Positions 52,013 through 64,000 of a stretch of 64,000 bases of DNA are shown here, one piece after another. The notes below the pieces were generated by a model that saw only the letters and a list, made by a program, of their open reading frames with translations, did no database searches and was not told where the DNA came from. Source of the DNA: Octopus bimaculoides. Taxonomy: Eukaryota. The position numbers and the translations under genes are program-made. Location: the NCBI RefSeq assembly GCF_001194135.2, contig NC_068981.1, forward strand, positions 53,303,690 through 53,367,689, given 5' to 3'. The stretch's first letter is position 1; each line of letters begins with the position of its first letter.

Positions 52013-53399
52013 TCACCAGAGAAGACACCTCTTGGAGGATGATGCCGACTGAAATAGTAACCTTGGATGAAGATGCAGTTTTGCATCCCCAAAGCAAGAT
52101 GGGTTGCTTCTTTGCTATAAATCTCTGTACCTGTTCACTGTCCAATCCTTTACAAACCTTGATATAATCACCAGGACAGTATATCTGATGACATACACTA
52201 TTAAGCACAATAAGTATCAAAAGACCCACACCTTGAGCTTGCTTCTGTCATGTTGTACAGTCCTTGGCTGGCAAAGATCATGGACAATGTGGGTAGCCAA
52301 CTTCAGAAGGAACTGTAGTTGCAATGCTTAGTTGAGAGGTTCTTTAGGCAGCCTATTATGACATTCAACAACTGGAACAATTCTCAACAAAATCAATTAC
52401 TATTGGTTTCTATGGGGAAAAAATGCTTATACAAGGGTCAATCAATTGTTGACATTTGACTTGATAAGAATAGTTTCTTTAGATGCTCCTGGTGAAACAA
52501 AGAAAATTTTTGATCAACCTTATTTTAGTAAAAAGTGACCTTATCTGGAAATGCTCCAGCTTTGCTCACATGTGATAGGACAACTCATTCTGCTTTTAAG
52601 CTGTCACTCAACCTTGCACTCTATGATAGTTCTGTCTGCAATATTGGAAAATGATCTGGACAGGTAGACATTCAGGAGCAGACCAAGCTGAAAGTATGAG
52701 TGCACATCCTAGATACTTGCATTTGAAGCTCTTAATCTCACCTGACAAGATCTTAGATGTGCCACCAACATGGGTAGAGTTATGGTCAATTTTTAAAGTC
52801 ATTTTGATAAGTTTTCTGGGTCATCCTAGAGTTTAATTTGGTGATGAGTTCAGGTTATGCCGAAAAAAAAAAAAAAGCTATATTTGCTGATAAGAGGAAA
52901 ACTTCATCTTAATACCTCAGTATATGAATAAAGTCATTTCCATAGTAAATTGAAGCATAAGCAGAATATTTCATATGAATATCGTCACAAAGTGTTAATA
53001 AATATAAATAATAGAAGTTCAAGAATATAGAAGATACAAAACTTCAGTGCATAACAGTGTTTTTGCATATAGAAATATAGGTAAGAAAATAGGGATGATT
53101 TTTAGCTGTAATCAAACTTTCATTTGACACTATATATTACTGAATAAATATGGCAGTTATTTGAGATAGCATTTTTGTTGTGATAGCACTTTAATAATCT
53201 ATAGATTAAAAAAAAATCAAACCAAACTACTGTATTTTATGTTTGCAATTCTAGAATATTGTCTGTTAAATTCATTGCATACTATTGTTGTAATATGGAA
53301 GTGTCAAAAGTTTGAGCAGTTTATTTACATTTGTATAGAAATATGAAATAACTGAGTATTTTCAGATAACTCTAACAATTTCCATATGAATTCACTAGT

Positions 53400-56300
53400 T
53401 TGATTCAAGGCTGTCTTGCACACTGTCAAACCTATTTATAGATAGGTTTAAAATCTTGTTTCTTTTGTCAAACAGCTCATTGTTATACAAAATAAATGTT
53501 CAATTAACCTTTTTCTAGTCTTCCCTCTTAATCTCTTAAACTCAACTGTTTGTATTTTGTATTTTCTTACAGTTAATTTCTGTTTATAAAAGAGTTTTAT
53601 GAGTCCAAATAGCTCTTGTAAAGAAAGGTTAAATTTTAGTATGAGAATCTGATTAAAATTATTCAAATACTCTCATCTCATTTTAGTTGGTCAAACATTT
53701 TAGTATGAAACCATTAATTGTAGCTCTAAATGTACTTAGTTAATTTGTTGATTTCGGCTTGCTTTCTGAAATTGGAGTCATTCAACTGTATTAAACTGAG
53801 ATTATCTAGTGGAACCTAGTTTTAGCTTCTCAAGGCTAGATTTCATTAAGTGTTGACAATTTGAACTTTTAGCTCCACCATTGAGAATTTGCTAAATCCT
53901 GTTGAAATCTTTCATTATATAAGATTTTATGACTAGTTTATTATTTTCCCTTCCCTTCTCAAAAGGCTTCCACATTTGAGATAGTGCTGCTGCACACATA
54001 AACATTTTAAGCTGTATCCAAACAGCTATCAGCATGGAGTTATTCACTAACACATTCTAACTCATGCTCACAGATGTGCTACCTCTTTATGAAGCCTTTC
54101 CTGCTGATATTAAAATAGCCTCTGCATTTTGAGATTGACTGGCTTTTGCCACATTCACCAGGCTTACCTGAGTTACTTCTTTCTCCTCTCATCCCTCATA
54201 GTGCATGTAACTTCTTCTCCCAGACCCATACTAACCACATGCTTTCTCCCCAGAATGTCAGTTCTCAAGAATGGTCTCACTGTCCATTTTTTTCCTGCAG
54301 TCATTGACTTGCAGTGTTCAAGATGACTATCAACCACATTGATCTCAACAGTCATGGAGGGCTGGCAAAAGCCATAAGTGCAGTCCCATCTTCTAGGCAA
54401 AATAATTAAAAGCACAAAAAAAAAAAAAACTGATTGCTTGCTAAAAATATGTGATATCTTGTTTTTTGAGAATGAAGCCTACAGACCTAAGTTCAGATTT
54501 TTTAAACCTGTTTCTGTATGGATTTAAGTACTTGAGTTCAAAGATAGTCACTGGTTTCTCTTTTCAACTCTTATCCCATAAACTTTCATCATCAAACACA
54601 TTTCCACTGACATCTCTTTTTTTGAATGGGATCTAACAATATAACATTTAATATCTAAATGCAAATAGTGCTACAGCAATGAACCCATTCCATTTCTCAT
54701 GAATAATTCTTAAATAACTCTCTTTTGCCAGTGACCTCCTAAGTGTCTCAAATATAATGCAGCAGTGTAATACTTCTCTCATATCAGGGTTGACATTTTC
54801 TTCAATTAGTAGCTTTCAGAATAAAAATGTTCATATAATTGATAAACCTTTCCTCTTTCACAAATTGAGTGTTTGGTCCACCTTCAGTGATTATGCATTG
54901 CTTCTTTCTGCCATTACTTCACTATTCTCTGTTCTTCCAAATTTGTTTAGCTGTTTTACTTCCATATTCAAAACTACTCTTTACTCTCATTATTTTACTA
55001 GCTGCCATTAACACTCAATCTCTTTACTCTTTTACTGCAGAAATTGGGTATATTCACTCAAAATTTCATTATCCTTAATTGCAGAAAGCAGTTTTATGTA
55101 CCAATTTATCTTTTGTTGAGGAATGTCATGTTTGAAGTTATTTTTTGTTGAGTTATGTCAAGTTTATTGAGGCAATGTGACTTGCAGAAAATACCACATT
55201 TTTGGTAGATATTAGGTAGATAATTAATGGAATAAGCATGAAATTTAATTTTCCAGTTAAATGGTTAAGCTACATTCAAGGCCTTATATGCTTAGACTGA
55301 CTTTCTGAAGAAGTCCTCTTTTTAAATACTAATTTCCAACTTTTTAGCTCTTTGTAACGATATTGGTTTCATTCAGTCACTCTACATCATTTTGAGCTGA
55401 GACAGGATATGAGGAATGTCTTCTTTGCTATTCAGTTTGCAGTTAATAGCTACACAGTACATATTGGTAATGTCATGACAACAAGGTTGGTGTAGAATAT
55501 GTCAAGAATACAAAAGTCAATTAATTTGGCAAAATAGTCAATTAATTTGATAGAATACTTGAGTAACTATAAAAATCAATATTTGTTCATGAAGTTATCT
55601 TTGAGCTTTGATATAAAAGGGAAAATGGCTATTGTGAACAAGAAATATAGCATTTTTTTCTAGATAATTTAAGCTGACCCTTTCATACACACTTACTTGA
55701 AGTTTCTTCAGATTACTTTGAGATATGCTAGTTAATTCTAATGTAAATGTTTGCTTTATGGCTTAAGGAATAATTATTTACAAGTTCAATTTTCTTGATG
55801 CAAGAATGAAAATATTTGAAGTAAATTAACTAGGGAATGATATAAGAAATAACAGTTTATCAGTATTATTAATTAATCTTACAGGGTTAATCTCATAACC
55901 TTAAGTATAAACAACAATTAAATGAAAGTATATGCTTCCAGAATGAAAATGCTGTGATTTTATGTATTTTTTTCTTAATTTCTGTTAGCCTTAAAACTTT
56001 TGAAAGAATATGATTGACAATATTTATATCTTTTTTAACTGAGTGGTTAGAGCAACATGTGTTTAGTTTTATAAATTTGCTTCCCTATCATGATAGTGGA
56101 AGTGTTACATCCTTCTATATGCTCCTCTTCTCTGCAGTCAGGTCTGTAAACAGAATTTTTTTACAGTGCTATGACCTTCAATACCATTTGAATACTACTC
56201 TTTACTCATAGTAAATCAATTGTATTTTGTACCTATTCTCCATACCATCCAGTGCACAGTATTAAGCATAGCAAGTAACTGGACCTCACTGTATTTCAAC

Positions 56301-57580
56301 CAGCAGTCTAAAACAGTGCTCCTTCTCCACTCTAATTGTTCAATCTTTTCTTTTTACAGAAATTTTTTGAGACATGAAAATGTTGTCATGTATATTCCAT
56401 TCTCAAGAAAGGCAGTCTTATGTCAACTACTGAATTCCCACTCTTGTATTAGCACATTCAAGTTGATGGACATCAATGTAAACTGCCTCATACTATACTA
56501 CCACGAGTGTCTTTCCTTTCTCAGACTTTCATTGAGACTAGCAATGAGAGATCGACTGGAGACCTCTTGTATATGAGTGTAATGGTCTTTCCTTTGAGAA
56601 CTTTAGTGAAAAACAAGCTTACTGCTCTTCATCAACACCACCGCTGAATAAGGTTTGCACGAGAAATCTTTTGATAAAAGTGCTTACTTAATGTCTCTAT
56701 TCCTATAGTTAGGAATTTTTCTGACAGTCTTCTTCATTGTGATATCTAGGGAGAGCTCTAATCTTAGCTCTATAAATTTAAGTATTTCAGGATTTGATTT
56801 GGGGATATTTCCTACATTCTTACATCTTTGGTTAACAATCGGCTAACTGTTTTCTTAAACCACTTTCATTCTCATATCACTGATTTAAAATTATTTGGTA
56901 TTTTGCTCAGAACTCCACCACATGTCCACCACAACTGCAACATTGTATTCCATTGAATTAACTGATATATGCTAGCATTGTACAATATGATCCTTGTTAT
57001 AATTTTGTTTCCTCTATCCAAAGCTGACTTAGAGTTACTCAACAGAAGCTACTTAAATTTCTCTCTTGTATTTGGCATGCTCTTGTCTCATATAGAACCT
57101 TAAAACCACCCCATTAGTTTGTCCATTTCTTCTGAATAAGAACAGCCAAAATATTTTGTGGTGAGATGTGATAACTTGTTTTTTCAACAATATCATAACT
57201 TTACTTTTGAATATCTTATAAAAAAAAAAGCTTCATCACATTTTTATAACTTGTAAGAAATACAAGCATCATCACATTCTGTACAAATATCAACAATTTG
57301 TCATGAATGTCATATGTACTTCATATTACCAAGAGGGTTTCAGAAAAGTGAGGTTCACTCTCTGATCTTCTAAATTCAAACCACACTAAAATAATGGCCT
57401 CATATTTGGTTCAATATATGCCTATTTTCTAACTTGCACATAGAAAAAAAAATCTTCCAAAAAGCACCATTTTATTCTGTAATCATTGGCTTAATAATTT
57501 TCTATTGTTATTGAAATACTCTCTTCCTCTCTGATCTCACCTACTGAAACCACTCTTAAAAGAGTAGGCCAATCCAAGGA
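53400..57580 (-). pseudogene. Long decayed coding-like region of unknown family
   Basis: Long stop-poor minus-strand frames, e.g. ~54816-54455 (about 120 codons, 3 stops) and ~54130-53830. No SINE or microsatellite interrupts it. The family was not recognised. Confidence 0.4.
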
Positions 57581-57834
57581 TGGATGCCTCTAACTGGTTG
57601 CTTAACCTATTAGAACTAGCAGTCAAGTCTCCTTCCAATTACACCCTAAACAAGGAAAGATATATTGGATAATGTAGTCCTAGATATGTTATGCCTGAAA
57701 ATGTGATGAGATCACCGTGACTGGAATTTCCTTTTCACTCTCTTTAAATCACTCTGGTACTTTCATGTTATGTATGTTTTTCTTCCAACAATTAACCATT
57801 GACCACACTAATCTCACTGTATTATCTTTATTTC

Positions 57835-58001
57835 TTAACCCTTTAGCATTTAGCTGGCCATATCTGGCCCTAATATTCTACCTTGTTTTATGTCAAAACT
57901 GGTCAGATGCAGCCTCTCACACCTAACCTACAATGTCATTCTAAAAATAAACAATCACAACTTGAAAATTTCGAAACTATGAGATAATGCTAAAGGGTTA
58001 A
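57835..58001. mobile_element. TTAA-flanked (piggyBac-like) MITE with perfect 16-bp inverted termini
   Basis: ttaaccctttagcatt (57835-57850) and aatgctaaagggttaa (57986-58001). Confidence 0.92.
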
Positions 58002-61000
58002 TCTAGGAAAGATTGAAAAGAATGCATCTTTTTCTTTAGATTTATCAGAAAAAAAAAATCCCACAAATAGTTGATTATACAGAATGTACAGATGCACTAC
58101 TAGCTTGTCTGATCTCCTTCAATTGTAAGTGGAAGTGTTTAACTGTTGGCATAGGCATACATTAAGAACTTTTGAACTATAATGACAGCTTTATAATGTA
58201 ATACTTTTTGTACCTCAGTATTGACTAAAATATTACACCTTTCTATTTAAGATTATGGAATATACAGGAAAGCATTTTATATAGAAAAATTATTAACGAG
58301 ACAGCTGATTATAATTATGGAGTATTTTATATCATTATGTATGTAATATGAGATGTTTATTTTGAATAAATCTGTTTCTTTTCATTAGAACAATGGTCTT
58401 AAATTTTTGAGGGGAATAAGTGATAATGTTCATAATTATCTCATTTTTTTTTTTAAGTCAGAGGAGTATTTGTCAGTACCCATAGCTTTTGAGATACTTA
58501 AAATGGTCAGATGTAGTTGATGTTCAGCTCAGGTTTCTGCAGGTTGGTACCAATAAGAAATATGTAGGCAGAGGAAGGTCCACTATGTTTTAGTCCTGAA
58601 CTTAAAAGATGATTGTGCAAAATGTTAAATAATTTAGGGTATGAGACACAGGAGCATGGCAAAAGGAAATTGGGTGGGCTTCAGAAATTGTATCTCTGAC
58701 TCACCTTATTAAGAGTTCACCACTTGCTTTATGATACTTACCAATATTGCATATTATTTATATTGGATTCACTCACTAAATCCTGTTTAGAGAATGATTT
58801 ATAAGTTAGACACTGGAAAGTAATTAGTAATTATAATCTATGTATTTCCGTTTCTTATTCATTAAGATTTTCTAATCAATCTGACTGCCAACATTAGAGA
58901 ATGTTGTTTGTTGGAGTTACATATACATATATTTTTCTGCTGGCAAATATTGATCTTTGATGAACTTGGAAATTGGTATATCAACACTATGATGTTTGCT
59001 GGAGCCCATAGTTTGTTATTTCTCTTACATTTTTTTTTTATCTATTTGCTTGATTAATATTCTACCTGTTGTTAGCTGTATTATTTCTTGAGAGTATCAA
59101 GCAATATATTTTCTACTAGATAAATATGTTACTAGTCAACTAAGCTTTCAAATTTTATGGTTATAAACTATATTGTTTTTATAATTTCTATGTAACTGAT
59201 GATGAATTTATAAAATTTGAAACAGATTTTTTTACGATATTAGTTTATAAGTTTTTTTTTTTACATTAACGCTTTATGTTTAAAAATAAGACGTCAACAT
59301 ATGTCTTCACTGATTGATTTTAAAATTCATTCATATCTATATGTATGACTTTTGCATCTGCAGGGAGCTAGATACTTTGTAGAAACTACCATACCATACC
59401 ATTTATGAACCTGATATGCACATAATTAGGATAAGCTACGAGTGATTTAAATTTTGAACTATACACATACCACACAGATGAATTGTACCAAGTTCAGAAA
59501 ACCAAGTAGGAAGTATTGATTCTGTAGAAATGTTTTTTTGGAAAATGAGAGCTTTTCACAAAGTGTTTTATGGACAATTGTAATAGATCATATAGCATGT
59601 AGAGCATGGCTTCCTGTGTTAAATGTTTAAGCTAACTTTATAATGGTTCCCAACAATTCCATTATACCTTTTGCACTGTGAGTTTGTGAGTTATCTTAGG
59701 GATTTATGTGAGATTGTACCCTTTTGTAGAAGTCCCATGCTTATTTAGGAATCTTTCAACTTGGGAGAAATGAAAGAAACTTCCTAGCTGAAAGAATTAA
59801 TAACATTCTAAATAGTACTTAATAGTAGAAGTACTTGCATCATGGCATAGATCAGTGAATGGAAAACAAAGAAAAATTGTTCAATTATAAATAAGTGTAA
59901 ATTTGAATTATTAGAAAGAATGAGAAGCCCTTTAAAGTGTATTGACAAACATTCAAATAAATGAGTATTGTTTAAATAAATTATATTTCAGGTAATAAAA
60001 ACTAGGTTTAATTTTATTACATGGTTATGTGTACAGTATTTCTTCAATGAAAAACCTTAGGTTTATACACTTTTAAAAAATAAGCATAGGGTGTACTAAG
60101 GAATTATGTGGTCATTATAAATTTAAAGCTGTAACTCAAGTGTGAGACTTGTGATTAGATAGAAGATTTACTTAACCAGATCTTTAGTTTATAATGTGTG
60201 TGTGCATGTGTGTGTGAGTGAGAGAGAGAGAGAGGGTGGAGTGAGTTTGAGCCTTTTATAATTTTATATTTTTCCATGGTTTTATTGCCTAACACAAACT
60301 TTGATCGTATCACTAAATCAAAATGTTTCATGAGGGAATGTTTGTTTTCTCACAGTTCTTGTAATTGTGAAAGCTTATTTTCCAACACTATGTTAAATGT
60401 TTTTTTTTGTTGTTGTTTTTCTAGAATTAAAGAACCTTGAGGAAAATGCCATAGGTCTATTATTACCTTATGATAATGTTGCAGTAATAGCTTCATCAGT
60501 AGCACATGTTTCAATAGAAAAAAAGCAATTCATCATTGATAGTAGCCACAGCTACATGTTTAAGCCTTTAATATTTGTAATAAAATACACTATCTGTGAC
60601 TTTTAATTAATTTTGAAAATAACCAAGAATTTGATGGAACAACAAAATGTTCTTGCATAAAACCATATTGGAATGTTTTGAATATAAATACTTTAAAAAT
60701 GGGAGGTTTTGTATCATAGAAAATCATAGGCTTCATCTGGTTGGATAAAAAGAGTTGATATCAATTTTGAAAAAATCAATACATTTTACAGTCCACAGAC
60801 AGAAGGAAACTTGCTGCAACTTTGAAAATAGCAGGAAAGAATTCATTTCATTTTGTGTAATATGAGAAGTTAAGAATTTGTAGTAATTCATCACTATATT
60901 GAGAGATAGATAACTCTTCAAGAGGTTGAAGGTTTCCTAGATCAAGTTGTAATTCTCCATGTGATATTAAATAACTTAAGAAATTAATTGACATTACATT

Positions 61001-61184
61001 GTTTTTACATCTTTTCTAGTTCTCATTATGTCTGGCAATTTCAAAAAAATAAAAAAGGTTAGCATTGTGTTCTAACTTTATTACCACAAACTTAATAAAA
61101 GAAGTATCTATCTCTTAAAAGTTTTGAAATTTTGTCTCTATCATTTTTTGTTATCGTTTCTTGTGATACTTTTTTATGGGATGG

Positions 61185-61518
61185 CTGAATATGATCTCGA
61201 ATGACCAACTGCACACCAAGGCTAACGTGAAACCAATAAAAGAAACTATTGAAGCAAGGAGATGGAAATGGCTAGGTCAAGTTTATCACTATAAACCAAA
61301 CTCAATTGTCAGGATCGCTCTGCAATGGGTTCCACAAAGTAATAGAAGCTGTGGCCAACCAAAGGAAACATGGCGAGAACAATAGCAAAAGATCTTAGAA
61401 GCAGAAGGGTTAGCAAAGGAACCAACTGTGAAAGATGCTTTCAGTGTTGGAAGGTGGAATGATCTTGGTGTCACCTCGAATGCCACAGGGCACAATGAGA
61501 ACCGAATGAATGAATAAA
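61185..61518 (+). mobile_element. RTE LINE 3' end
   Basis: ISNDQLHTKANVKPIKETIEARRWKWLGQVYHYKPNSIVRIALQWVPQSNRSCGQPKETW matches the RRWxWLGH...ALxWxPxGxRxRGRPxxTW pattern. It ends in gaatgaatgaataa. Confidence 0.88.
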
Positions 61519-61699
61519 TTTTCCAGTTTATGAAAAATAATTCCTGTAGAAAGCATGAAGGAATATTTAAAAGAGGTTACTTCCGGAAAAATGTCATCTA
61601 ATTCTGGCTCTTTTAATGGTAGACATGGAGTATTTCAAATAGTACCACTCAGTGGTATGGGTTGTCAAATTAGAGCAACATGAATTGTAATAGAAGTTG

Positions 61700-61985
61700 A
61701 GGTTGTGATGGTGGTGGTGCTAGAAGTAACAGTAGTAGTAGAAGTAGTAGTGATGGTGATGCTAGTAAAAGCTCCAATAGAGGTAATGGTTGATGGTGAT
61801 GGTGGAGGTGGTTTGTGCTGTAATTGTAGTAATAATAGAGGGGGGGGGGCTATGATGGTGGTGGTAGTGTTAGCAACAGCTGTAGTCTTGGTGGTAGTTG
61901 TGATGATGGTGTTAGAACTGTAGTCATAGTGATTGTGGTGGTGGTAGTAGTAGTAGCAGTGATGGTTGTGGTTTTGGTGCTAGTA
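61700..61985. repeat. Degenerate (GTG/GTA/GAT)n trinucleotide low-complexity tract
   Basis: Directly visible. Confidence 0.9.
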
Positions 61986-62269
61986 CACAGTAAGTTGTTT
62001 TCGCATAACTCGAACAAAGAATTGATAACATCAATCTAACCAATTTCTTCTCTTGTTTTCACAGAACTGCAAACATTATTAAGTTCTGGCAATGAAGTTA
62101 GAGAATTCTTGCAATCAAGGAAGACATCAAAAATGACTTAGACATTATCATATTGACTGACTACACTACACCACTAGGGAGGAGAAGGGAGGAGAGAGTT
62201 TGGTTTTGGGGACTACACTCCCCTCCTCACCTCTGTCCTCTGTATATGTGTGTGTATATATATCTATAT

Positions 62270-62282
62270 ATCTCTCTTTCTC

Positions 62283-62313
<31 letters not shown>

Positions 62314-62352
62314 TTCTCTCTTTCTCTCTTTCTCTCTCTCTCNNNNNNNNNN

Positions 62353-62410
<58 letters not shown>

Positions 62411-62460
62411 TATATATATATATGTTTGTGTGTTAGTGTGTGTGTGTGTATATATATATA
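62270..62460. repeat. (CT)n plus (TA)/(GT) microsatellite with a 10-N gap (62343-62352)
   Basis: Directly visible. Confidence 0.95.
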
Positions 62461-63214
62461 TTAAATGTGTTATAGAAAGTATGGGCTATTTATGGAGTGC
62501 TCATAGAGAGCCAATGTGAAAAAATACAGAGTAGAAGAAATTGAAAATGCAAATCATAGGCAGTCAAACATATTCCTGAACACATAAATGAAGATATTCA
62601 TCAATGTAATTTCATCATATATTTATATACATCGACATAAATCATGCATGTACAGGTGTAAAGATTCTCCAGTGGTATAAAGAATAAAACCAAACAAAAT
62701 TATAGAAAAAATATAAAAACATATAAAAATACATATAAAATTACATATAAATAAAGACATGTTAAAAGTTATGCGTGATAAATATTGGAGGTGCAAAATG
62801 AATGAGAGGTTGATAAACGTAGGAATAAAAATGTCAGCTTTAGGCAAACCACCTAAATCTTCTAAAAATTCCGTATACATCGAGGATATAAAATAGAAAT
62901 GACGGAAGATATCAAGGTTAAGAGAAATAAATAAAATAGGATCTGAAAATAGCGGGGGGTGTTCCATCTACGGTCATCTCAAGGGTACATTACCAGTCAG
63001 GATTAAAAAGTAAATACTCTATATATGCAATGTCCCCATTGTCAGGATGATGTCCTCCTTGGTGGCTGCCATTGTACTAATAAAACAGAATCAAGAGTTC
63101 CTAATAAAATGTTTTACAGTTCATATGCAAATGATCACGTTTTCTATAAGCAGAAGAATCCAAATACTGGGGAATTGTTATTATAACTACAAACATTCTA
63201 ATTCAGTTACCTAG

Positions 63215-63513
63215 TAGACCTAATTTTATAGGTTTTCAGAAATGGCTACAGGAGGGGATTGTATCTGAAAACTTATTTAACATATTAGCATTATATAATT
63301 TAAGGATTATAGACGATTCCCTTACAATGTACACCTATCTGAACCATTACCATATGGAGGAGCTCTCGCAATTATGGACCATGTCAGGTCATAAGGCAAG
63401 TTACTATCCCTAAGTTTTATATATGCTGCTAAGGTAGTTGAATTCTTATACTTAGGGTTTGAAAAGAAATTCAGATGGGCCCTACATCTCCTTTTGAAAT
63501 CTATCGTACTACC
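63215..63513 (-). mobile_element. Penelope-like element GIY-YIG endonuclease C-terminal fragment
   Basis: GSTIDFKRRCRAHLNFFSNPKYKNSTTLAAYI*NLRDSNLPYDLTWSIIARAPPYGNGSDRCTL matches the PLE pattern FK.RY.NH..SF....Y.NST.LS.YIW.LK......W.I...A.PY......C.LC. Confidence 0.88.
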
Positions 63514-63560
63514 TATATATATCTTATTTTGTCTATTGGATACGCTATATATATATATAT

Positions 63561-63840
63561 ATCATCATCATCATCATCATCGTTTAATGTCCGCTTTCCA
63601 TGCTAGCATGGGTTGGACGATTTGACTGAGGACTGGTGAAACTAGATGGCAACACCAGGCTCCAGTCTGATTTGGCAGAGTTTCTACAGCTGGATGCCCT
63701 TTCTTACGCCAACCACTCAGAGAGTGTAGTGGGTGCTTTTACGTGTCACCCGCACGAAAACGGCCACGCTCGAAATGGTGTCTTTTATGTGCCACCCGCA
63801 CAAGCCAGTCCAGGGGCACTGGCAACGATCTCGCTCGAAA
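63561..63840 (-). mobile_element. Young RTE-tail repeat, same family as 36162-36510
   Basis: Near-identical (atc)n-cgtttaa...ccactcagagagtgtagtgggtgcttttacgtgtcacccgcacgaa. Confidence 0.88.
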
Positions 63841-63891
63841 TATATATATATATGTAATGTATGTGTATATATATATCTCTGTATATATATG

Positions 63892-63934
<43 letters not shown>

Positions 63935-64000
63935 GTATATGTATGTGTGTGTATATATATGTATGTGTGTGTATATATATGTATGTGTGTGTATATATAT

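Noticed and set aside
52780-52836. SFLGHPRV on + as the GHP motif of a Mononegavirales L protein
   Set aside because: No downstream KExE, GGIEG or GDNQ motifs on +, and the coding-like signal further on is on the minus strand.
62065-62141. Acceptor ttgttttcacag as USP32 exon 2
   Set aside because: The in-frame product ELQTLLSSGNEVREFLQSRKTSKMT* does not resemble USP32 and terminates early.
62623-62967. 114-aa hydrophobic minus-strand ORF (receptor or NUMT?)
   Set aside because: Hydrophobicity comes from T-rich low complexity, there is no recognisable motif, and it lies just downstream of a Penelope-like fragment on the same strand.

Overview
AT-rich, repeat-dense animal genomic DNA, most likely an octopod cephalopod. 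This is inferred from recalled SINE, RTE and MITE families, not from a database search. Five assembly gaps are present. Two host genes are supported, both on the + strand. The first is the last three coding exons of a UHMK1/KIS-like kinase-UHM gene (347-3096). The second is the promoter and first coding exon of a USP32-like deubiquitinase (CDS 25720-25777); I found no exon 2, so intron 1 apparently runs beyond the window end (>38 kb). The rest consists of tRNA-headed SINEs, RTE-tail repeats, fragments of RTE, R4/Dong-like and Penelope-like retroelements, hAT, mariner and TTAA (piggyBac-like) MITEs, and microsatellites. The best leads are: (1) a decayed tandem array of about 3 AIG1/GIMAP-like GTPase units antisense in the USP32 intron (44.2-46.95 kb); (2) a roughly 5 kb decayed, unidentified minus-strand ORF (52-57.6 kb); (3) loss of the R-X-F motif in the UHMK1 UHM domain; (4) a PHD-like finger inside RTE reverse transcriptases; (5) two near-perfect hairpins; (6) a CpG-retaining domain around the USP32 5' end with a CLEAR-like box and upstream ORFs. 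I found no intact, demonstrably novel multi-gene system. All protein-family calls rest on manual translation and remembered motifs.
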